In this document: positions 9,638 through 19,545 of the stretch, piece by piece | Numbering within the stretch: position 1 is the first letter of the stretch | Layout: every line of letters starts with the position of its first letter | From: Candidatus Zixiibacteriota bacterium | Lineage (GTDB): Bacteria; UBP14; UBA6098; JBKHBT01 | NCBI GenBank assembly: GCA_046542255.1 | Contig: JBKHBT010000002.1 | Coordinates: 33,700-97,699 of the forward strand | Length of the DNA stretch: 64,000 nt | Direction of reading: 5' to 3' | Program-made: the position numbers and the translations under genes | Notes under the pieces: generated by a model | What the model was told of the DNA's origin: nothing | Databases searched by the model: none | What the model saw: the letters and a program-made list of their open reading frames with translations, nothing else

Positions 9638-10605
9638 AAGAATATATAGTCTCTCTTTTTTTTATTTTTCATTAGCCATGTAAATACAATATTAGCCCTA
9701 TCATATTTTTCAATTTTTTTGTATCTATCGATATATTTGTATTTATCGAGCCTTTTACGAAGAATAGTATCCAGTCTTGATTTTGAAAATAATTCATTAC
9801 TTATACCAAGCAGAAGCCCACGATAAAATAGATATGACAAACTTCTATTATCCTTGCATTCCACATATACACCACCATCCGAAAATTGCCTAAAAAACTC
9901 CTGACGATAGTAGTAGCCACGAAGCAGCTTGAGTGCTTCTTTGATTTCCATGGCTTTTTCAAATTGCAGCTTTTCGGAATAATCATGCATTTTCTCGGAC
10001 AATAACTCCAGAAAGGCATTATCTTCGCCTTTGAGATAATCGAGTGCTATTTGCATCTCTGCTGAATATTCTTCTACATTGGCTTTTCCAAAGCATGGGC
10101 CAAAGCAAAAGCCAAGTTGCTCTCGAATGCAACGATTTTTAGGGACTTTATCCTTACATATTCTAAGACGCAGATTATCGGTAATCATCTCATAGGCTCT
10201 CCTGGCCATATTTTGTCTTAGAAAAGGCCCGAAGAAGATTTGCGAACTTGGTTTATAGCCATTAACCAGTGCCGGAAATTCACCATCTACTAAACTGAAG
10301 TATTTATATTTTGTGAAATCCTTTTGCTTCACATTGAATTTGGGAAGATGCTTTTTTATAAGTTCATCTTCTAATAGCAGGGCCTCAAGCTCTGTAGAAA
10401 CTCGCAGATAGTCTATGCCGTCTATTTCTGCCAGAAGTCTTTTGGTTTTATTTTTTGTTGGCTTCCTGGTGAAATAGCTTTTTACTCGTTTTCGGAGATT
10501 TTTGGATTTGCCAATATAAATTACAGTATTGTTATTGTTTTTGAATAGGTAAACTCCGTTTGTTTCCGGCAGTCGATTTAGCATATGGAGAAAATTATCA
10601 TTCAT
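9634..10605 (-). CDS. UvrC/Cho-like GIY-YIG endonuclease (N-terminal UvrC half only)
   Basis: GVYLF...YIGKSKNLRKRV, EALLLE, four-Cys region, UVR motif LQFEKA; 323 aa with no RNase H-like or HhH domains. Confidence 0.85.
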   Translation of the reverse strand: MNDNFLHMLNRLPETNGVYLFKNNNNTVIYIGKSKNLRKRVKSYFTRKPTKNKTKRLLAEIDGIDYLRVSTELEALLLEDELIKKHLPKFNVKQKDFTKYKYFSLVDGEFPALVNGYKPSSQIFFGPFLRQNMARRAYEMITDNLRLRICKDKVPKNRCIREQLGFCFGPCFGKANVEEYSAEMQIALDYLKGEDNAFLELLSEKMHDYSEKLQFEKAMEIKEALKLLRGYYYRQEFFRQFSDGGVYVECKDNRSLSYLFYRGLLLGISNELFSKSRLDTILRKRLDKYKYIDRYKKIEKYDRANIVFTWLMKNKKKRDYIFL

Positions 10606-10778
10606 AATAATAAGATATGCAAAAATCTCAAAATTTGAATAGTTTTTTTAGGTAAACATCCGAAAATAATGATGGGTAAATATTAGATTAATAATATATC
10701 CCTATAAAAAATAAAATAGTCATTGTTTTGACAGGATTTTTTAGTATTTTTTATTGAAGTAATTTCTAAGGAGGATAA

Positions 10779-12224
10779 ATGCGAGATTTATTGACTTATG
10801 CACTCGATACCCTGTCGAGAGCGAATGTCGATTATGCAGATATCCGTTTTCGTGAAACTTTGAATGAGCGTTTATATACTATGAACGATGTGCTCAAAGC
10901 ATTTCATAATTCGGAAGACTCTGGCATCGGTATTCGCGTGCTTAGGAACGGGCGATGGGGCTTTGCAGCGACTCCATTCACCGATAAAAAGAATATTGAT
11001 AAAGCGATAAAAAAAGCTATCGATATAGCTGAATCTACAAGCGATATCGATCAGAAACCTATAATTCTAACACCAGACCGCCCTCAAATAGCCAAATTCA
11101 GAACAAATATCGATAAGGACCCATTCCAGGTACCGCTCTCAGAAAAACTCGACCTGCTGACATCGATATATGGCGAAACAAGCAAGGTAAATAAAATCAA
11201 AAGAACCGATGCAATGCTCTATTTCAAAAAAATGCATCAGATTTTCCTTTCTACCGAAGGCTCTGACCTGGAAAATGAATTTTATATCTCGGCAGGCGGT
11301 TATCAATGCACCGCCGTTGACAATGGCGATTTCCAGACACGTTCATATCAGGACTTCCCGAAATCGGCCGGCTGGGAATGGATTCTCCAGCAGCCTTTCC
11401 ATAAAAAAGCACCCCAGATTGCAGAAGAGGCAGTCCAAAAGCTCACAGCACCCAAAGGGCCATCGGGCAAGATGGATCTTATACTTCTGCCATCTCATCT
11501 TGTGCTTACGATTCACGAATCTGTTGGCCATCCAACAGAACTCGACCGAGTCCTTGGCTGGGAAGCCAATATGGCCGGAATTTCATTCGCTACCACAGAT
11601 AAATTAGGCAATTTCAAATACGGGTCAGAACTCGTTAATTTTGTGGCAGATAATAATCTCGAAGGCGGGCTTGCAAGCTGGGGCTTCGATGATGATGGCG
11701 TGCCTTCCAAAAGATGGAATATCGTAAAAGATGGCATTCTTGTGAACTACGGAACAACAAGAGATACAGCACATTATATAGGCCAGGACGAAAGCATGGG
11801 ATGCTCCCGGGCCGATTCATATGCCTCACAGCCAATAAATAGAATACCCAATCTATCACTTATGCCCGGAAAGAATAAGCTTTCCCTGGATGATCTAATA
11901 GCAGATACCGAAGAGGCAATCATCATAGATGGGCGCGGTAGTTTCTCTATAGACCAAAGACGTTATAATTTCCAATTCGGTGGTGATTTCTTCCAGAAGA
12001 TCGAAAATGGCAAGATTGTCGGGCCACTGCGCGATGTTACATATCAGGCAATAACTCCAGAATTCTGGCGAAGCATGGACGCAATTTGCAGCCGAGAAGA
12101 ATGGCTTCCACACGGAGTCCTTAATTGCGGAAAGGGCGAGCCTATGCAGGGTATGCAGATGAGCCATGGTAGCGCTCCAGCCAGATTCAGGAAAATCGAT
12201 GTAGGAGGTGCCTTAAATGGATAA
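10779..12224 (+). CDS. tldD: TldD family metalloprotease
   Basis: GIGIRV...WGFA, HESVGH metal site, DDDG, CGKGEP. Confidence 0.9.
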   Translation: MRDLLTYALDTLSRANVDYADIRFRETLNERLYTMNDVLKAFHNSEDSGIGIRVLRNGRWGFAATPFTDKKNIDKAIKKAIDIAESTSDIDQKPIILTPDRPQIAKFRTNIDKDPFQVPLSEKLDLLTSIYGETSKVNKIKRTDAMLYFKKMHQIFLSTEGSDLENEFYISAGGYQCTAVDNGDFQTRSYQDFPKSAGWEWILQQPFHKKAPQIAEEAVQKLTAPKGPSGKMDLILLPSHLVLTIHESVGHPTELDRVLGWEANMAGISFATTDKLGNFKYGSELVNFVADNNLEGGLASWGFDDDGVPSKRWNIVKDGILVNYGTTRDTAHYIGQDESMGCSRADSYASQPINRIPNLSLMPGKNKLSLDDLIADTEEAIIIDGRGSFSIDQRRYNFQFGGDFFQKIENGKIVGPLRDVTYQAITPEFWRSMDAICSREEWLPHGVLNCGKGEPMQGMQMSHGSAPARFRKIDVGGALNG

Positions 12225-13521
12225 TATGAAGAAAAGATTCGAGCAAATTGTCGAGTATATCAAGCTCATAAGCAGCGCTGATGATTATATTATCCAGTGG
12301 TATGCAAAGGATAGCGCCCTTACAAGATTTGCAGATAATATGGTAACCCAAAATGTGGATATTTTCTCCGAAAAGGTAGAGCTGACATCATACTTCGATG
12401 GCAAAAAAGCATCTTTGGAAACCGCCAATTTGGACAAAGACGGACTCACAAGACTTGTAAAAAAATGCGAGCTAACTGCAAAAAATTCGATTAAAGACAA
12501 AGAATACATGCCAACTCTGGCCCAAACCGACCAGAAAATCATAAATGATATCGATCCTGCGGTCATAGATATGGGATCACGGCAAAGAGCCAAAATAGCA
12601 AAATATGCTATCGAGAGGTCCCAAAAAGAGGATGCAATCGCTGCTGGCATAGTCCAAAAGGGTATCAACTTTTTAGGTATAGCAACCAAAAATGGCGCTC
12701 ATAAATTCTATGCCAAAACACGCGCTGAATACAAAAATACTATCGATATAAATAACCACAAAGGCGCAGCATGGGAAAGCGATTTCAAATTAGATAGAAT
12801 CAATGCAGAGGCTATCTTTGAGGAGGCCCTTAAAGATGCCAGGCTTCTTAATCAAAGAGTCGAGCTGGAACCCGGTAGATATAAAGTTTTGATTGGAGCT
12901 CGTGCTGCACGGCATCTATTCTCGATGATGTCCTATTATGGGCTAAACAGGCGCGCTGTCGATGAAGGCTATTCTGCCTTCACTGGAAAAATTGGCGAAA
13001 AAATAGCCGATGAAAGAATTAATATCTATACAGACCCAAACGATAAAAAAGCTCCAGCAGCTCCTTTCAATTATGAAGGCCAGCCAATCGAAAAAAGACA
13101 TATCATAAAAAATGGCGTTCTCGAAAGTATTCCTTGTTCAAGATTCTGGGCCAAAGAAAATGACATCGATGCATGGAGCATTGGGAATATCATTTTTGCC
13201 GGTGGCGAAAAAAGCGAGGCCAAACTCCTGGCATCCATCGATCGCGGATTCTATATCAAGGAATTCTGGTATATCAGAATGGTCAAGATGAATGACCTTA
13301 CTCTCACCGGAATGACTCGAAATGGCTTCTTCTATATCGAAGATGGCCTTTTGGTATCCGGCGCTACTCATTTTAGATGGAATGACTCGCCTCTATCGAT
13401 GCTAAATAGAATAGTCGAACTCGGACAGGGAAGTGGCAATATACCCGAATGGGGACGAGCCATATTTGCTCCTGCCATGATTGTCGATGATTTCTATCTA
13501 TCGAGCAAGACTCTGTTCTGA
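12217..13521 (+). CDS. TldE/PmbA family protein
   Basis: Overlaps the tldD stop; TRFA.N...QN, LEPGRY.V, TGMTRNG; lacks HExxxH. Confidence 0.85.
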   Translation: MDNMKKRFEQIVEYIKLISSADDYIIQWYAKDSALTRFADNMVTQNVDIFSEKVELTSYFDGKKASLETANLDKDGLTRLVKKCELTAKNSIKDKEYMPTLAQTDQKIINDIDPAVIDMGSRQRAKIAKYAIERSQKEDAIAAGIVQKGINFLGIATKNGAHKFYAKTRAEYKNTIDINNHKGAAWESDFKLDRINAEAIFEEALKDARLLNQRVELEPGRYKVLIGARAARHLFSMMSYYGLNRRAVDEGYSAFTGKIGEKIADERINIYTDPNDKKAPAAPFNYEGQPIEKRHIIKNGVLESIPCSRFWAKENDIDAWSIGNIIFAGGEKSEAKLLASIDRGFYIKEFWYIRMVKMNDLTLTGMTRNGFFYIEDGLLVSGATHFRWNDSPLSMLNRIVELGQGSGNIPEWGRAIFAPAMIVDDFYLSSKTLF

Positions 13522-13545
13522 TAAGAATATAAAATGATGATTAAT

Positions 13546-13573
13546 AAGGCGCCGTTTTAACGGCGCTTTTTTT
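13546..13573 (+). terminator. Intrinsic terminator after tldD/E
   Basis: AAGGCGCCGTT-TT-AACGGCGCTTT followed by a T tract. Confidence 0.85.
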
Positions 13574-13647
13574 ATTTTGCTTGTCAGAATTTAAATTTAT
13601 ATTACTTTTTAGAACTTGTAAAGTTTTGGGAAAAATAAGTGAGGGAA

Positions 13648-15042
13648 ATGAGAAATCTAATCTTAATAATTTTGATATTGCCGATACTACTACTCTGTCA
13701 GGAAGATAGCCTGTCTTATCGATTTAAAGATGGCATGATAGAAGGAATCGATTCTTTGAGCCAACTCGATAGCCTTGCAACCTTTAGATTCATTATTTTC
13801 AGCGATAATAAAGGCGACTCGCCCACCTCTTCTGAATCATTCGCCAGGATGATCGATTGGACCAGAGAATCATATTGCTTTATCGGCCTTGGCGACCATG
13901 TCAAAAAAGGCTGGGGAAATAGTTTTTGGGATTTCATACAAACAAATCAAGAATGGACAGATAGATTCTACCCCAATATTGCAGATGGCGAAAATGAATA
14001 TTATGGTAAATCTCAGGGCGATTGGGGAGCTGGCGGTGAATTCCTGTCAGAAATCGGTATGGAAAAAAGAACAAATACACAAATTCGAGACAATGGTTGT
14101 GAGTATTATTCGAAAATCTCATGTCCTAGCGATTTCATGATTCACTTGATTCAACTTCACTACCCCGATAATCCGCCAAATGATTCAATTGCATTCAAAC
14201 CAGATTCAAGAAAATTCTTGATAGAAACACTTGAAAGTATTCAAAGAAATGAAAAAGATATAATTATAGCAGCAGCACATTCCTACGATGGCTTTTGGTT
14301 CGATGAGCTTTCTGAGTCCGAGCAGGATATAATAATGCAAAAATGCGATCTTGTTCTTTCTGCAACCAGCCACTTTTTCGAAATCTTCGATGTAATACCA
14401 GATTCAATTGCGCCAGTATTCATAAATACCGGTTCGATTCCTCATTCTGTCGCCTATTGCCCGCCGGGTTATCTCGATGTGCATGTTCTTGACAATCCTC
14501 CTGCGATTATTGGCCAATATATCAATGCAAACATACCTATCCGCGAATTCCAAAACTCAGATTATTCATTTCTCAAAATCCCGGGCGGAGCCACAAGAAA
14601 AACAGAATTTAGAAAAAAGCGAGAGACCGAGAATTACGATAAAATCATCGGCAGTATCAATAGCAGCCTCACAAAAGCAGAAATGACTGCGATTGCAGAG
14701 AGCCTTTATATCGCAAAAACTAATTCTGATATGGCGATTATCGATTCCACTGAAGGCATCCAGGGACCAGAAGTAAGCAACCGACAATTATGGAAGGTAT
14801 TTCCATATAATAATGAAATTTGGGTTCTTAATCTTCCGCCAGAGGATTTCATCCTTCTCTTCGGCGATCGATATGATATCGATGGTAATTCCACTATTAG
14901 AGTTGCTGTCAATAGCTATCTTGGTAGCTATCTTGTAGATAAAAGAGGCCTGTCTGAGGATAAAGTCGAAAAAACAGGTATTTATGAAATCGGCCTACTT
15001 ACTGAATGGCTTTCCAGTAAGATAGATGGCTTATCTGAATAA
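13648..15042 (+). CDS. Exported calcineurin-like phosphoesterase with 5'-nucleotidase-like C-terminal part, divergent motifs
   Basis: Signal peptide; [31 protein letters not shown]; VFPYNNEI resembles the 5'-nucleotidase C-domain PFxN motif. Confidence 0.55.
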   Translation: MRNLILIILILPILLLCQEDSLSYRFKDGMIEGIDSLSQLDSLATFRFIIFSDNKGDSPTSSESFARMIDWTRESYCFIGLGDHVKKGWGNSFWDFIQTNQEWTDRFYPNIADGENEYYGKSQGDWGAGGEFLSEIGMEKRTNTQIRDNGCEYYSKISCPSDFMIHLIQLHYPDNPPNDSIAFKPDSRKFLIETLESIQRNEKDIIIAAAHSYDGFWFDELSESEQDIIMQKCDLVLSATSHFFEIFDVIPDSIAPVFINTGSIPHSVAYCPPGYLDVHVLDNPPAIIGQYINANIPIREFQNSDYSFLKIPGGATRKTEFRKKRETENYDKIIGSINSSLTKAEMTAIAESLYIAKTNSDMAIIDSTEGIQGPEVSNRQLWKVFPYNNEIWVLNLPPEDFILLFGDRYDIDGNSTIRVAVNSYLGSYLVDKRGLSEDKVEKTGIYEIGLLTEWLSSKIDGLSE

Positions 15043-15146
15043 GTAATGCAAATAATCAAATGTATATCATAAGATTAAACTTTTTTGATAATTTTCTTGT
15101 CAAATCCGCCATTATACTATATTTTGCACGGCAAAAGGAGGACTTT

Positions 15147-15341
15147 ATGTCTCAGGTATGTTATATTTGTGGAAAAAAACCACAAGTCGGAAATACTCGA
15201 AGCCATGCTAACAATGCTATGAAGCGCCGTTTTAAACCAAATTTACAGAAGGTTCGGGCTCTTGTCGATGGCAAGCAAAAGAAGATTCTTGCCTGCACAA
15301 GCTGCATTAAAGCTGGTAAGATTACAAAAGTAGTTAGCTAA
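15147..15341 (+). CDS. rpmB: 50S ribosomal protein L28 (Zn-binding CxxC form)
   Basis: [20 protein letters not shown]...RRFKPNLQ...CTSC; AGGAGG RBS. Confidence 0.95.
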   Translation: MSQVCYICGKKPQVGNTRSHANNAMKRRFKPNLQKVRALVDGKQKKILACTSCIKAGKITKVVS

Positions 15342-15361
15342 AGACAACTACATTTTTTGAT

Positions 15362-15402
15362 AAAAGCCTCTTTGAAAGATCGAGATCTTTTAAGGGGCTT
15401 TT
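15362..15402. terminator. Bidirectional terminator between convergent rpmB and lpxA
   Basis: AAAAGCCTCTTTGAAAGATC-GA-GATCTTTTAAGGGGCTTTT. Confidence 0.75.
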
Positions 15403-15452
15403 GTATTTGCCAATTTATAGTTTTATATTCGAAGATAGAAATAGCAAAAGGC

Positions 15453-16265
15453 TTATTTTTTGTGTGCTATTCCCCTACTAGATTTTTCTATGAAGTCCAT
15501 AAAATAATTCAAAATATCATTTCCTTTTGCAAGCTTAGCTAATTCAACCAAAGCATCTTTTCTATTTATTTTTCTATAGTATAATATCTTGAATGCTTCT
15601 TTTATTACTTGAATTTGCTTTTGGCCGAAATCATTTCTTTTTAGGCCAATTATATTCATACCAGCACATTTAGCCGGAACGCCATCTACGAGTGAATATG
15701 GGAGAATATCTCTTGTAATTTTCGATTGAGCGCCGACCATCGCGAAAGAGCCTATTCGGCAAAACTGATGAATAGCTGTAACGCCGCCGATAATTGCCTT
15801 GCTATCTATCGTCACATGCCCTGCAATATGAGTAGAATTAGCGAGAATGATATCTGAACCTAAGTAGCAATCATGAGCAACATGCACATAAGCCATCAAG
15901 AGATTTCTATCTCCGATTGCACTCTTTCCGGTTTCATCGGTACCGAGATTGAGAGTACAGTACTCTCTTATGATATTATCATCGCCAATAATTAGCTCTG
16001 TATCTTCTCCGTCATACTTGAGATCCTGTGGAATATTTCCGATCGAACAACCCATATGGATTTGATTTCTTTTACCGATAGTTGTTTTTCCCGTTAACCA
16101 ATTATGTGGGCCGATGACAGTATCTTTTCCTATCTTAACCCGGCTATCGACAATTGAATATGGGCCAATCTTAACGCCCGTGCCTATTTCTGCCGAAGGG
16201 TCCACTATTGCTGTTGGATGTATATCAGTCTGATTTTTCGAATCTTTGTAAAAAGGATGTGTCAT
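15453..16265 (-). CDS. lpxA: UDP-N-acetylglucosamine O-acyltransferase
   Basis: IHPTAIV hexapeptide repeats, PQDLKY, IREY, MAYVHVAHDC, HQFCRIG, N.IGLKR. Confidence 0.93.
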   Translation of the reverse strand: MTHPFYKDSKNQTDIHPTAIVDPSAEIGTGVKIGPYSIVDSRVKIGKDTVIGPHNWLTGKTTIGKRNQIHMGCSIGNIPQDLKYDGEDTELIIGDDNIIREYCTLNLGTDETGKSAIGDRNLLMAYVHVAHDCYLGSDIILANSTHIAGHVTIDSKAIIGGVTAIHQFCRIGSFAMVGAQSKITRDILPYSLVDGVPAKCAGMNIIGLKRNDFGQKQIQVIKEAFKILYYRKINRKDALVELAKLAKGNDILNYFMDFIEKSSRGIAHKK

Positions 16266-17571
16266 AATTACCTCTTATAAAATCTTCTTCTCTGAGTATT
16301 TTCTTATGTATAGGCAGTGTTGTTTTCACTCCTTCGATAATAAACTCATCCAATGCCCTTTGCATTCTTAATCTGGCTTCGTCTCTTGTATTTCCATGAG
16401 TAATGAGTTTAGCAATCATCGAATCATAATACGATGGAACAACATATCCAGCATATGCATGAGTATCCACTCTAACGCCAAATCCTCCTGGGATATGAAG
16501 ACTTGTGATTCTTCCCGGTGATGGAGCGTAATTATAATCCGGGTCTTCAGCATTTATTCTGCACTCTAATGCATAACCATTGAATCGAATAGATTCCTGC
16601 AATGCTGGTAATCCTTCGCCTGCGGCTACAAGAAGCTGCGCCTTAACAAGATCGAGCCCAACGACCATTTCTGTAACAGGATGCTCGACCTGAATTCTGG
16701 TATTCATTTCGATAAAATAAATATTTCCATCTTTATCCATGAGAAATTCTATTGTTCCAGCGCCTTCGAAATTTATAATCGATGCTGCTTTGGCTGCCAT
16801 CCTGCCTACCTCATCACGAGTTTTTGAGTTAAAAACAGTCGATGGACATTCTTCTATAAGCTTTTGATGTCGCCTTTGGACGCTACAATCTCTTTCGCCG
16901 AGATGAATAACCTCGCCAGCTCCATCTCCAAGTAATTGCACTTCGATATGCTTGGGATTTTCGATAAATTTCTCGACATATACACCGGGATTTCCAAAAG
17001 CGGATTCGGCCTCGGCCTGTGCCTGTATGAAGGCCTCGTGAATTTCGGTTTCATGCCTGACCAGCCTCATGCCTCGTCCACCGCCACCTGCCGTAGCTTT
17101 AAAAATTACGGGTAATCCAATTTCTATCGCCAGCTTTTTGGCTTCTTCATAAGATGATAGGATCCCCTCAGACCCGGGAACAGTCGGAACTCCAGCATTT
17201 TTCATGATTTCTTTAGCAGTGGCCTTATCACCCATCTGGCGGATCATCTTGGCAGTTGGGCCGATGAATTTAATATTATGGCTTTCACACATCTCGGCAA
17301 ATTCTGCATTCTCGGCCAAAAACCCATAGCCGGGATGGATTGCATCGACATTTGTTATGATGGCTGTTGACATTATATTCCTGGGATCGAGATAGCTCTG
17401 GCTTGGAAGATTACCGCCGATGCATATTGCCTCATCGGCAAGAAGATTATGCAAGCTATTGGTATCTGCTTTCGAATATACAGCGACAGAATGAATTCCC
17501 AGCTCTTTGCATGCCCTAATAACCCGCAAAGCGATCTCGCCACGATTGGCGACTAATACTCTTTTTATCAT
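16225..17571 (-). CDS. accC: Acetyl-CoA carboxylase biotin carboxylase subunit
   Basis: ANRGEIA, HPGYGFLAEN, GGGGRGM, ERDCSVQRRHQK, EMNTRIQVEH, YYDSMIAK. Confidence 0.96.
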   Translation of the reverse strand: MIKRVLVANRGEIALRVIRACKELGIHSVAVYSKADTNSLHNLLADEAICIGGNLPSQSYLDPRNIMSTAIITNVDAIHPGYGFLAENAEFAEMCESHNIKFIGPTAKMIRQMGDKATAKEIMKNAGVPTVPGSEGILSSYEEAKKLAIEIGLPVIFKATAGGGGRGMRLVRHETEIHEAFIQAQAEAESAFGNPGVYVEKFIENPKHIEVQLLGDGAGEVIHLGERDCSVQRRHQKLIEECPSTVFNSKTRDEVGRMAAKAASIINFEGAGTIEFLMDKDGNIYFIEMNTRIQVEHPVTEMVVGLDLVKAQLLVAAGEGLPALQESIRFNGYALECRINAEDPDYNYAPSPGRITSLHIPGGFGVRVDTHAYAGYVVPSYYDSMIAKLITHGNTRDEARLRMQRALDEFIIEGVKTTLPIHKKILREEDFIRGNYDTSFLQRFEKSD

Positions 17572-18776
17572 GAATCTTCCTCTTCATCGATTAAATCATC
17601 GAGCTCGATATCATCGAAGCTGGTTTGCTTTTCTTCCGATTCATCTTCTTCGTCTTCCTGTTCTTTTTTATTCTTCATCTCAAATTCCTGCCAGCCACGA
17701 TCAGAACCAGCAACAAAACCCTGAATACGTAGTTTGAAATCATCCGGGTTGGTTGCATTCTCGAGAGCAGTTTCCAAGGATATCATTCCCTGCTTATAGA
17801 AACTCATCAATGACTGGTCAAAGCTCTGCATTCCATATTGCACTGCTCCTTCTGAGATTAGGTCTCGAATACCACTTGTCTTCTCCGGGTCGGTAACAAA
17901 TTCTTTGACAGCTTCTGTTCCTATCAAAATCTCGCAGGCCGGTACTCGCCCAGGTTTGTCATCGCGCGGTATAAGCCTTTGTGATACTACTGCCTGCAAA
18001 GTAGATGAAATTAGTAGCCTTATTTCCTGATGCTGATGTGGGGGGAAAAAAGATAAAATTCGATATATCGTTTGCAGGGAATCCAATGTATGCAAAGTCG
18101 AGAGAACGAGATGGCCTGTATCGGCTGCTGAAAGAGCGATCTGCATTGTTATCTCATCTCGAATCTCACCGATTTGAATCACATCAGGGTCCTGCCTTAA
18201 AGCTCTCCTCAATGCCTCGGAAAATGATAAAGTATCCTGTCCTATTTCACGCTGTGCAATAATGGAGCGTTTATTATCATGAATATATTCTATCGGGTCT
18301 TCCACTGTGATTATATTCATAGAGCTGTTTCGATTAATATAATCGACCATAGATGCCAGTGTAGTAGATTTACCGCTGCCTGTAATTCCTGTAACAAGTA
18401 TCATGCCTCTTTTTCTCTGAGAAAGCTTTTCTAAAATCGGAGGCAGATTAAGAGAATCGAATCTTGGTATCGATGTATTAATTAATCTAAAAGCTAAAGC
18501 CGGTGTACCCTTTTGCCTATATAGATTCACTCTAAAGCGTGATTCTTTGCCAATTTGTAATGCGAAATCCAATTCCATTTCTTCATTAAAGCGTGCTATT
18601 TGCTGAGATGTAAGAATTTTCTTGAGCATCTCCAGCATATCCTCCGCAGTAACTGGAGTCTTCGATGCACGAGTGAGTGCGCCCTGTATTCTATATATGG
18701 GCGGAATTCCGACTCTAATATGAAGATCGGATGCCATAGAGCGCGGCATTGCTTCTAGTAATTTACGAATATCCAT
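17568..18776 (-). CDS. PilT/PilU family type IV pilus retraction ATPase
   Basis: ASDLHI, Walker A GITGSGKSTT, TVEDPIE, ALRQDPDVI.IGEIRD, TGHLVLSTLHT, GMQSFDQSL; acidic C-terminal tail. Confidence 0.92.
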   Translation of the reverse strand: MDIRKLLEAMPRSMASDLHIRVGIPPIYRIQGALTRASKTPVTAEDMLEMLKKILTSQQIARFNEEMELDFALQIGKESRFRVNLYRQKGTPALAFRLINTSIPRFDSLNLPPILEKLSQRKRGMILVTGITGSGKSTTLASMVDYINRNSSMNIITVEDPIEYIHDNKRSIIAQREIGQDTLSFSEALRRALRQDPDVIQIGEIRDEITMQIALSAADTGHLVLSTLHTLDSLQTIYRILSFFPPHQHQEIRLLISSTLQAVVSQRLIPRDDKPGRVPACEILIGTEAVKEFVTDPEKTSGIRDLISEGAVQYGMQSFDQSLMSFYKQGMISLETALENATNPDDFKLRIQGFVAGSDRGWQEFEMKNKKEQEDEEDESEEKQTSFDDIELDDLIDEEEDS

Positions 18777-19240
18777 TATGAATTAGGGTCCACCAAAAAG
18801 AGCGTATGGCCATATTCGACAGGTTCACCATCTTCGACCAGTACTTTCACGATTTTGCCTGAAACTTCGCTCTTTATTTCATTGAAAATTTTCATAGCTT
18901 CAATCAGGCAAACTACTTTGCCCTTTTCGACCATATCTCCGACAACAATATAGGGTTCATCATCGGGCGATGGCTTTCTGTATAAGGTGCCAACTATTGG
19001 CGCCGTTATTTCGATGTAATTATTATCTTCTTTTTCTTCAGCATCATCTTTTACTTCTTGCTTAGCTGCCGGTTGCTTGAGATTATCGGCCGGGTTCATT
19101 GGGAGATTAACCTGCGGAGCCTGGTTTTTCCCTGCACGAACGATACGAATCTTTTTTCTCCATGAGAGCTGTACTTCAATTTCGCTTAGATCATGCTCTT
19201 CAGCAAGAAATATCAACTGTTTTATTTTTTCGATATTCAT
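18776..19240 (-). CDS. accB: Biotin carboxyl carrier protein
   Basis: APIVGTLY, EAMKIFNEI biotinylation motif, VEYG..LF. Confidence 0.95.
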   Translation of the reverse strand: MNIEKIKQLIFLAEEHDLSEIEVQLSWRKKIRIVRAGKNQAPQVNLPMNPADNLKQPAAKQEVKDDAEEKEDNNYIEITAPIVGTLYRKPSPDDEPYIVVGDMVEKGKVVCLIEAMKIFNEIKSEVSGKIVKVLVEDGEPVEYGHTLFLVDPNS

Positions 19241-19545
19241 TCACCGCCACCTTGTATTTGTTTCTTGACAATGGCAAAACTCGCCAAATTTGATTAATTT
19301 TGATTTATAATCAAAAAATGGCAAATTGTTAAATACCTCATCTTTTTTTTGTATTACATTTTTCTTAGGATATATTAAAAACTCATAATCGCTTTTTGGT
19401 ATATTCACTATTTTCTCATTTTTACCCAAAATGCCATGATTAATCGCCATTTTATAACAAAAATAAAAAAAACACTTTGCCATGAAAAAAGTCAACATTA
19501 TGTATTCCTTTTTTTTTATCATTTTCTGCATATAAATCTCCATAA

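Noticed and set aside
10650-10662. AGGT-AAACA-TCCG upstream of the nuclease pair as an SOS-type operator
   Set aside because: Only one half-site matches a dyad and no second copy was seen; insufficient evidence
10779-13521. TldD/TldE as part of a RiPP cluster
   Set aside because: No precursor peptide or modifying enzymes are adjacent; a terminator follows directly
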